Positions 54,870 to 64,000 of a DNA stretch of 64,000 nt are shown here, one piece after another. The notes under the pieces were generated by a model. That model saw only the letters and a program-made list of their open reading frames with translations, was not told where the DNA came from and ran no database searches. The DNA is taken from the NCBI RefSeq assembly GCF_006345805.1, contig NC_043017.1, positions 5,518,001 to 5,582,000 of the forward strand, written 5' to 3'. Origin of the DNA: Octopus sinensis (taxonomy: Eukaryota). Positions within the stretch are counted from its first letter, which is position 1. The number at the start of each line of letters is the position of its first letter. The position numbers and the translations under genes are program-made.

Positions 54870-55240
54870 AGACTTTGAACAGCTGATGTAAAACAAAGCA
54901 ACAACAACAATGAAAACATTCAACCCCTGAAAGGATGGAAGGCAAAATTGACCTTGACAAGATGTGAACTCAGAACATAAAAAACCCATACAAATACTGC
55001 AAAGAATTTTTTTTTTCTGATGCTCTAATATTTCTGCCACCCTACTCAGTTATATAAATTATTTGACATGATGGTTAAGTCAATTACAATGACCCCAGTA
55101 CTTTACTGGTACTTACTTTATCAATCTCAAAAAGATGAAAGGCAAAGTTGGCCTTGAGATTTCAACTCAGAACTCAGAACATAAAGAGCCAGAAGAAATG
55201 CCACTAAGAATTTTTTCCGACATGCCAATAATTCTGCCAA
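54870..55240. mobile_element. Two degenerate family B SINE fragments
   Basis: caacccctgaaaggatggaaggcaaaattgaccttg...aactcagaac (54920-54980) and ctggtacttactttatcaatctcaaaaagatgaaaggcaaagttggccttg (55105-55160); both read as minus-strand copies relative to the 43923 element. Confidence 0.6.
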
Positions 55241-55247
55241 TTCATCC

Positions 55248-55295
<48 letters not shown>

Positions 55296-55377
55296 TATAA
55301 TAATAATGCCAGCAGTTTTGAGAAGACAGTTTATAACATCAATCTCAGCTGCTGTGAACAAAAAGGATGTAACTTAC

Positions 55378-55485
55378 ATGACTTTTATTTCTCTTGTATA
55401 ATTTTCCAGATGTAAACAAAATCGTATTTGTCTCACTTTCAAAGAGAGAAGCAAGTCTTACTAGCAGCACTTCAAATGTGCCAGC
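55378..55485 (-). CDS. E75: E75-like nuclear receptor, LBD helix 5/beta-sheet exon
   Basis: AGTFEVLLVRLASLFESETNTILFTSGKLYKRNKSH; acceptor ttttttcag, donor gtaagt; 108 nt, phase 0/0. Confidence 0.92.
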
Positions 55486-56838
55486 CTGAAAAAAATTGAA
55501 GAGATATATGAAGTTATATTTATATAATAGAAGTATATACAAAAGTAGTAAGAACAATTGATAGTAATAAAATTTTTGATATCACTATCCCGAAGTACAG
55601 ACAACAATAATACATGCAATAATTAAGAATAACATTTAATCACAATTTAAGTTTTGAGGGAATAGATCTTTTTTAAATAAGCATCACTTGAAGTTTATGA
55701 ACTATGATGAAAAAACATATTTATCAGGCAATCAGAAATGTACTTAGTCTCTATGTTTACTGTCAAAGACTTAAAAACTATCAAATAATCAATCTATTGA
55801 ATTTTTACAGATTCCTTGCATCTAATTCAAATTGGTTTGATTGTTAATGTTAATTCAGCTTAAGCCATTTAGCGGAAAGTGAAAGTTAATAACATAGAGT
55901 AGCCCACAGACCCAACACTTTTCATGGCAGTTTGTATCAGACTTTTTCTTAGATATATACTGCTTGTATTAAAATAAAATATAAAGCTGATGGGGAACAT
56001 TAAACATGTACAGTCAAACACAACAAATCAATTTTCCTTCTGAGTTATATTTTTGAGTTAAAATCCCTCCACAACAGTCAAATACCCATTACATCACAAC
56101 CACAATAACCTTAACAAATACTGCTGACCCCCACACAAAATAAACCTTTTATTTCTTTTTGCTACAGAGAAGTGAGCACTTGATTGGAAAATATCTGGTT
56201 TAAGTTCTAGTTGGACCCATGTTCCTTCACTTTATATGATTGGTAAGGTCAGCCAGCACAGGGTCATATATCCGATATCTGGAGGAGGAGTGCAATACCA
56301 ATATTGGGTGGCAAAACAATCTACCACTGAACTTAAACACCACCAGCTGGACCTTGGCTGGCTTTAGTGAAGTTCATTCTGTGGCAAGAATTCAGGCCAG
56401 ATCTTTGGATTGAGTGTAACTTCCCTCCCTGCTACCAAAATCAACATCCTGACAAAAAGTTCATATGTGCCACCCTTTCTTTTTGGGGTTGTGAGGAGAC
56501 AAAAAACATACTTCACTAGTGCTTTATTTTATCAACCCTTGAAGGATAAAAGGTAAAGTCAACTGAAGCCAAAACCTCAAAAATCATATCTTTACCCCCT
56601 TTAAGAAAATAAAAAAACACTGATAGGCTATTGTAGTTACATTATATCTGAAAAATATTCTAACAGGTTGGTCATGGCTGGATTTTCTTTACCTAAAGCT
56701 AAGCAACAACAATTTCATAGTTTTAATCAATATATAGAGTGTTAAAAATTCTTGGAAGATTCATTCAAATATCCAACCCGATTCAAAAACATTAAAATAC
56801 CATACAGATGAAGACAATTTTTTAAAAATTGAACTTAC

Positions 56839-57006
56839 CTTTAGCAGTGTTATTTTGTCATCTTTGCAAAGGAGTGAAAATGCAGGTATAAACTGTGCAA
56901 AGTCTGTGATGGCTGTTACCACAGGGGCACAATTGTCAGACATATTTTTGAATGATTGGTTGTCATTATTTAACCGCAGAAAAGAGTTTGGATCAACGGG
57001 GCATGC
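56839..57006 (-). CDS. E75: E75-like nuclear receptor, LBD helix 3-4 exon (contains A-C-P motif)
   Basis: ACPVDPNSFLRLNNDNQSFKNMSDNCAPVVTAITDFAQFIPAFSLLCKDDKITLLK; carries the LBD signature F(A)xxIPxFxxLxxDDxxxLLK. Acceptor ttttccctag, donor gtaagt; 168 nt, phase 0/0. Confidence 0.92.
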
Positions 57007-58212
57007 CTAGGGAAAAGATGAAGAAAAGATTTAAACTATCAATGCAAATAGTTATAATAACATTCAATAAACATGTGTCCACAAACGTTGATGAATCTAG
57101 TATTATATAAAATAGTGAGGTTTTTTTAATGGTTTATTTGCTTTTAATTTTATTTGTCCATTTGAATCAACATCATATTCATCCAAGCATAGCAAAACAA
57201 ATGTAAAACTACTGTTTCTGTTACTAATAATGATGATGAAGGGGGAGTTAGGACTAAATAACTAAGCAATAGACAAATTAATAATAATGTTCTTTCCTAG
57301 ACATAGTTCCATTGGAACATCCAAGTCAAACTAATATGTGTACTCATATAAATAATACCATAAAAAATATGTGCCATAAAATGAAGCATTTAATCTTCTT
57401 GGAAAAATCTAAAATAGCTCTAATCACACCCACAACATGTACGTGTAATACCTTAATACCAAATCTCCAAACAAAATTACAATTTATTTAATTACTGCTT
57501 CATTGTTATAACAATCAAAAGCCACCACTTGAGTAAGAAAAATTGTAAAACTGATAAAAAAATAATTGAAAACTTATAAATGTAACTGATTATTCTTGTA
57601 AAACTTTTTTTTTTGACAGATTACATTTATTTATTTCCATCTCTTTGAAACCATTTGAAGTTTTATGTTGTTTTATGGCAGTTTTCCTATGATTTGGGGA
57701 AATTCTGCAACAGCATTTTTCACTGATTTTTGACATTCCAGATTGTATTACACAAGCATTTTGCTGAGATGTTGTAATGTTTACACCACCCACAAGTGCA
57801 TTAGTGTCATTACTGAAATCAAAAAGCTACCACCAGAATGTGGATTCAGCTTGTAAAGAGCTGACTGTTATTTTCTGAGGCACTTTATTAAACCTATGAG
57901 TTATTCATCCTCTATTAAGAACATGATCATACAATCATCATTTTTAGTACCTCTTTGGAATTACAAAGGAGATAGAATTACTAGATTCAAATTTTCAATT
58001 TGTATAAGAATAATCTATACATATCTACATATATACAAGAGGCTGTATGTTTCACAATCAGTGAGTCTAACCGTGAATATGATAATGTATGTGAGTGTAA
58101 GATCTATTGAGTAAGCAAATGTTACAATGCAAATATTACAATGAAAGTGTATACACTGATCTTTATCAGTATATAAAATATGGGGGGGAAATCCTAGTAG
58201 AAATATACTTAC

Positions 58213-58454
58213 TGTTTGTTCTGGATTGCCACATTCATAATTATTGTTTTCTTCAGCAGTTTTGCGCATTCTATACAACCGTTCACGGCAATATTCATTT
58301 GTTTTTTGGTGTGCTTTCAAAACTGACTGAATTATTTCATCACTATTCTGTAATAAACTTTCAAACTCTGATGATGGACCTTGTGAATTCACCATCTGCA
58401 TCTGTTTCATTATGCGTGCTTTTTCACTTTTTGGAACCCGACCAAATCGGACAG
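58213..58454 (-). CDS. E75: E75-like nuclear receptor, C-terminal extension/hinge/helix 1 exon
   Basis: (A)VRFGRVPKSEKARIMKQMQMVNSQ...IIQSVLKAHQKT...CGNPEQT; matches E75 AVRFGRVPKREKARI. Acceptor tttaatag, donor gtaagt; 242 nt. Confidence 0.93.
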
Positions 58455-58929
58455 CTATTAAATAAAAAATACCAAAGTATAACTGGAAGTCATTAAAAAA
58501 AATAATTTTACATAGTTTTCAAAGTATGAAGGATGGAAATTTGTAGTAAATAACGTGTTGTGAAATTTCATATGTAAATGTAGTAGAATAGCAGAACCAA
58601 CTATCATTCATGAGTGAGTATGGCTTAGTGACATATACCATACTTTCACTAATTGCTTTAGGTGTCTTTGTAGTCATGAACTGAAGCAGACACCTTCTGA
58701 ACCCTCCATCCTTCCAGTGGTGCATCAAGGATGTGACTGTTGGATAGAGAGAGGGCTGTACCAGCACCCAGCTGGAACTAATTTACAGATGAGTAGACTG
58801 AGGCAGCATGAAATAAAGTGGCTTACTCAAGAATACAGTGCACCAGCTAGTTCAGGAATTGAACTCATGCGATTATGATTGTGAGCCAACCACCCAACCC
58901 CTACACTATGCCACACACATTCACACATC

Positions 58930-59285
58930 TGTTTTATCCTTTACTTGTTTCAGTCATTAGACTGCAACCATGCTGGAAAACTACTTTGAAGAGTTTTAAT
59001 CAAACAAGTTAAATTGAGTACTTATTTCCCTTTTTAAACCTGGTACTTTATTGTTTTCCTTTTGCCTAACTGGTAAGTTACAGGGACATAAATCAATGCC
59101 AGTTGTCAAGCAATTGTGGGGGACATACACATACAATGGGCTTCTTTCAATTTCTGAGAACCAAATCTACTCTTACGGTTTTGGTCATCTCAGAGCCATT
59201 GTAGAAGACGCTTGCCCAAGGTGCCATGCAGTGAGACCAAACCTGGAATCATGCGGTTAGGAAATAAACTTCTTACCACAGCCAT
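58930..59285 (-). mobile_element. SINE family A, degenerate
   Basis: cttttacttgtttcagtcattagactgcaaccatgctgg...cttgcccaaggtgccatgcagtgagac. Confidence 0.75.
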
Positions 59286-61204
59286 GCCATAAATATCAAA
59301 TAATTTACATCTAGATTCATTTCTGAGATCTAACCACAGAACTAGAAACAGGTTAGTTTCAATGATAATGCTTATGGTTAGTGACCAAATAATCTATACA
59401 GTTTCAATTTACATCTGCTAATGTCCATAAATATCACAGTTTTCAATTTCTTCTCGAACACAACTGACAGTTCAAGCTTTTAAGAAATAATGTTATATTT
59501 CTCTATCCTATATCTATATTTAATAACCCTGTTTCATGAATAAAGTTAAGCTATTCATGGATTAGCAAGGTCTGCGATACACTGGTCTCCATGTATCTCA
59601 ATCATATATCATATTTTCTGTTACAATATACATTGAACAGAGCTGACTAAACTACATTCTTCCAAGTCTTCCTTCAATCTATATTGTAGGTACACTCTCT
59701 AGTCAATTCTAGGTATCTCTTCACCCAGCACATTGTCATCTATTTACATGTCTATACCAATTAGATAGCTATTCTCAACATATATTAATTTATAGTTCTG
59801 CTAACCCATACTCAGCTCATTCTTCTGCAGTCATCATAGATCCTCCAACATGTTTGATATTTTGATCTACTGTTTCCTATTGCAGTAACTTAGGAGCTTC
59901 TTCTCTTTCCCTTTTCAACTCCAGCAGAGAGGGTAGGTCCCACAAAAAATAAAACAAGTCAATGTCATAGGTGCCACCTTTGTTCCATAACTAAGCAATA
60001 ACATTTTTTTAATATTCACGACCCACATTTATTTATACAGCTTGCTGTTTTCTCCACATTTGTCCTGCAATCATCTCAAATTATACATATCAATTATATC
60101 TATATGTTTATTTTTAATTTCAAAAATTGATTTTCTTTTGTTTTGAAACGATGACTGACACTAGTAAAAGCTAAAAGAAATCCCTCAGTATCAGTTTCAC
60201 ACCACTGACCACTTCTTGAATTTCAAACACAGTTCATAACAAAGATGTTTACAAAAACTATTTTCTTCCATTTTTATTTACTCTAAAAAATAACTACGAC
60301 AACACACATATATATAAGAAAATAAATAAAACACATGACAGATGGTGATGTATTCCTGAAGGAAATTAACAAATAGGCACAGTTCTAGCTAGTGAATTGA
60401 AATATTAGTTGATGAATTGGTTCACTGAAAATTTAAACCCATACCATTGAATAATTAAAATGTTTGACAAAATAAGTTTCAGGATGATAATTCCTTACTT
60501 TAGTAGCCATAAGGAAAGGCTAAGTAGATGAATGATCGTGTGTAGTTTTCAAGCTTTTCTTAAGAGTATTAGCACAATAAATGTATTGGCTTCAACAAAG
60601 AGCAGATTTCAGTTTGTAAAACTGATTTTCCAAAAACTTCACAGGCCAATTCAGACCAATAAGATGAATACAGTAGTTGTTCTTGCACAACTGCTGGAAA
60701 AATTATAATTCTAACAACTTAAATTCTAGAAAGAAGAGACAGGGGAATATGTTTATTCCAGGACCTAAGGTGGGGGTAATATGATGAAGAGAGATGAGTA
60801 AATTGAGAAGACTCAACTAGAGGTAGAATGAGACCAGCTAGTTCCAAGGAACAGAGGCCACTTTAGTAGTGATAGAAAAGGCAGAGTGTGTAGGTAACCT
60901 ACTTCAAGCAAATCAGTCAGGCAACATTTTGATGGGGAAAGGGGTGCTTAAAACACAACCGATTGGATTATTTTAGATGCACCGCAGTTATTGTGCTTCA
61001 CTTGATCAAGATCTATGCTTATGGAAAACCAGAAAAAAGTTGTCAATTATACATCAAACAATTCAGAACTGCACATTCTCTTGTTAACTATTTCACAGCT
61101 AAGTAAACTGGACAAGCCCAAGTTAAATATCTTGATTATAGAAGCAAAGCAGTGCTCATGTTTAAAATTACAGCTAATTATAAGAAACAATTCAAACAAC
61201 TTAC

Positions 61205-61242
61205 CATCTCTGGACATCCCAACAGCTATGCACTTCTTAAAT
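61205..61242 (-). CDS. E75: E75-like nuclear receptor, 38-nt exon (end of DBD)
   Basis: (R)FKKCIAVGMSRD(A); acceptor tactaacatttcag, donor gtaagt; phase 2 in / 1 out fits both neighbouring exons. Confidence 0.93.
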
Positions 61243-62773
61243 CTGAAATGTTAGTAAGATAGCTCGGTTAGTCATGCTCATATGAATACAGAATGTAATT
61301 CAAACATCATATATGAAAATATCGTTTAACTGTTATTTAATCACTTTGTGCCTTTATTTCTATTGAAATACACTGTGTATCAATTAATTTTGAAAATAAT
61401 GAAGACTTTTAAGGGGTTTGCTTATAAAATAGCTAACCTTTCCAACTACTGGTATATTAAGCCAGCTGTTTGGAACATAGCAAAATGTTCTTACATAATA
61501 TTATGGTGGAATGGTATCAAAAGGATACAGCTGATTGTTTTACTTATATCTTCTATTGCCATTACAAAACAATATTGTGTTGTGTTGTGCTAAAAGCTTG
61601 GTTATTCTTTCACTCACTCCCTGTATTAATATCATTACTATTATTATTTAAATGATTATGATGTATCTATGCTGCTGCATGGTGGGTGTCAACCTCTGAA
61701 AGTTAAATGCTTTTATGTTACAGCAACATAACATCTTGATATGACTAATCAGCTTCATCTTTCCCTCCAAGCAAATAAATAGAATATTCTAATATGCCAT
61801 TCCATAAGCTAAGGTTTCATTTTGATTCACCCAAGTAAACCATAATCTGCTGATTGGATTTAACAATTCTTTTTAAAAAGCAACTGAAATTTATTTAAAT
61901 ATAAATAATAGTAGCTGCAAATAACTTACACATTTATGACAGGTTAGTTCAGTAATTGTGTAGAATCACACAAGAAATGAGGAATTTAAGTGAGGGCAAA
62001 GAAACTCAGATTGAAGTTGCTGTTGTTTGCCCAGGTTAGAACTGATTAAGCAAACCTATGATCAAAGGCACTTTTGCTGCTATCATTTGGCTTTCTTGCA
62101 TATCTAGGGCTACTTTGTATAGATTTAATCCTTTTTTTACAAGAAGAAGAGTATATATTTTTACATTTGCTATTTTAAATGGATTGAAGCAACAACATAG
62201 AGACTCTCTTCTTGGCTCAGATGAATACAAGCAAAAGTATTTGGTGTGTGTGTGGTGGGGGGGGGGGGTACTGAAGACTCTAAATCCGGGCAGAGAATAG
62301 TATATATTCAATAAGACATTACCGGAACCTGTGTTTTTGTTGGCAGGGTGGTTGAAGGATAAAGATAACTAACAGAATTTGAATTTAGAATAGCAGAGAA
62401 ATAAACTTGAGTTTACAGTTTACCACCTAACTAGTTTTACTGCCTTGATCCCATAAAAACACTACCAGCAATGACTGAACTAATATGGCTAAATGTTAAC
62501 AGCAGTGGAAAATGAAAATGTACAGCGATTACTTCTAATTGTCTAAGACATTGGCACAGTAAGTAAAGCTTTTCAAATGCAAACTGAAATAAATCTTGTT
62601 AACAAATTACTTCCAAATAAATTTCTCAGTAATAATCTGTCTATATCACTGATAAAACATTTTTAGTTCTTCATACACCTTGGAGTTTCAGATATTTGGT
62701 ATCTAGTAGTAGCTATGACAAAATTTAAAAAATTATAAAATGTAGATTAAAGATTTTAAGAAAAATACCTCAC

Positions 62774-62880
62774 CTGCAGTACTGGCACCGGTTGCGATTG
62801 GCTCTCATAACATTGCACATTTTGTTTTTTAAACATGGGCGATAACTTATCTTTTGTTGTATGCTCCTTCGGAAAAATCC
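62774..62880 (-). CDS. E75: E75/Rev-erb-like (NR1D) nuclear receptor, DBD exon (second zinc finger)
   Basis: Manual translation [35 protein letters not shown](R), close to Drosophila E75 [36 protein letters not shown]. Acceptor ...catatacag, donor gtgagg; 107 nt, phase 0 in / 2 out. This reading is not in the ORF track. Confidence 0.95.
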
Positions 62881-64000
62881 CTGTATATGAAGAAAGAGAA
62901 AAGATTTTGAATATATGGTCTTGTACATGTAGCAGAAGATAAAAATCATATGGATAAAACAAACTCGTGGGTCATCAGTTCACATTCAGGGCAAGTATAG
63001 CAGTGTATTTGAATTGGGCACACTGTTCAGTGAGTATCAGTTTATTTCTCTGTGTGAAAACAAGTTCTGGAAATATGACCTACAAGCCAGCCAGATGGCT
63101 CAAAAGCAAAACTGAGACTAGGAAATTTTAAATTAAAAATTAAAGAGTTGTGAGCTTAAAGGCCTTACTTGTCACATCAACTGGACAATCCCTCGAGAAA
63201 TACTGTTATTTTTGTTTGGTACATTGAGAGGCGGTCTAAACTAAAGATATAACAATTCAACTGGCAACAGAATTTTAAACTAATAACAAACACAGCCATT
63301 GCATTTTGTTTTGTTTAAACACTCCACACCAGTGTTCCAACCCAAACTAGCATGGAAAAAGTGGACATAAAATGATGACGATGATGAAGAACAACAATGA
63401 TGATGACAATGTAAAATACCAAAAGATAAGCATATACACACAGTTATATGGTCAAGATGTTCACCTTTCTACATTCAATGGAATGTGGGATTGAATGTTC
63501 CACATTTAATCCCACAGCCTATGTACCTTGGGCATATATGTGTCTTCAAGTGTAGCACTGGGCTGACCAATATCTTATGAGTGGAACTTGGTAGCTGAGG
63601 AGGGTCTGTCATAAATGTGTATTAATGTTTATACCAATTGTTAAAACTGGTGCAATGTTGTGTTATGTCCCTGTGTGCCTATAACTTAACTCCTAGATTC
63701 ATTCTTTTTTTAATTATATTTTTGTTGAAGTACACTACTTTTGTTTTCATTAATTATGAAGAGGAATAATTTTGTGACATAAATCAACATCAAATTTTTA
63801 TGGAAGAATTTAGTTCAGCTCACTTTAAAACAGAGGCAGTCTCAGGAAAATTAGAATGGGGAAGAAAAGAAAAGAGATATATTAAAATAAGTAGCGAACT
63901 GAAATAAGCATCTGGGGTCAGCATATTGAATTAAACCCTTAAAAGCAGTGCCACGGCATGGCAGTGATCCAATGACCAGAGCCAGTAACACTATAAAAGA

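Noticed and set aside
58519-58767. ORF containing GGFRRCLLQ, reminiscent of a nuclear-receptor DBD
   Set aside because: No zinc-finger cysteine spacing; the true GFFRRSIQQ exon is at 62774-62880.
62881-64000. Search for the first zinc-finger (CxxC...CEGCK) exon
   Set aside because: Not found on the minus strand; it probably lies beyond the window.

Overview
AT-rich, microsatellite-dense animal genomic DNA. The SINE families and composition suggest a cephalopod (Octopus-like); this is inference, not a database result. The one clear protein-coding gene is a minus-strand E75/Rev-erb-type (NR1D) nuclear receptor. I reconstructed seven exons by hand (62880-62774, 61242-61205, 58454-58213, 57006-56839, 55485-55378, 14063-13937, 12648-12469); all have GT-AG borders and matching phases, giving 323 codons from the second zinc finger to LBD helix 11. 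The first zinc-finger exon is probably beyond 64000 and the terminal exon is unresolved. Both heme-ligand positions (A-C-P Cys and TLHSEKL His) are present, but helix 3 is divergent. Five introns are 1.2-2.8 kb; one is 41.3 kb and splits the ligand-binding domain. Inside that intron lies a sharply bounded ~16.5 kb CpG-retaining block (~18.9-35.45 kb) in otherwise CpG-depleted DNA. It has promoter-like sequence at both edges, a cluster of nuclear-receptor response elements, old retroelement relics and several hairpins/palindromes. Other content: decayed CR1/L2-like LINEs, a foldback-like AT-rich inverted repeat, a mariner relic, a Gypsy pol relic, many SINEs, a 701-bp tandem duplication and large simple-repeat arrays. 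Repeat boundaries are approximate and CpG density was judged by eye.
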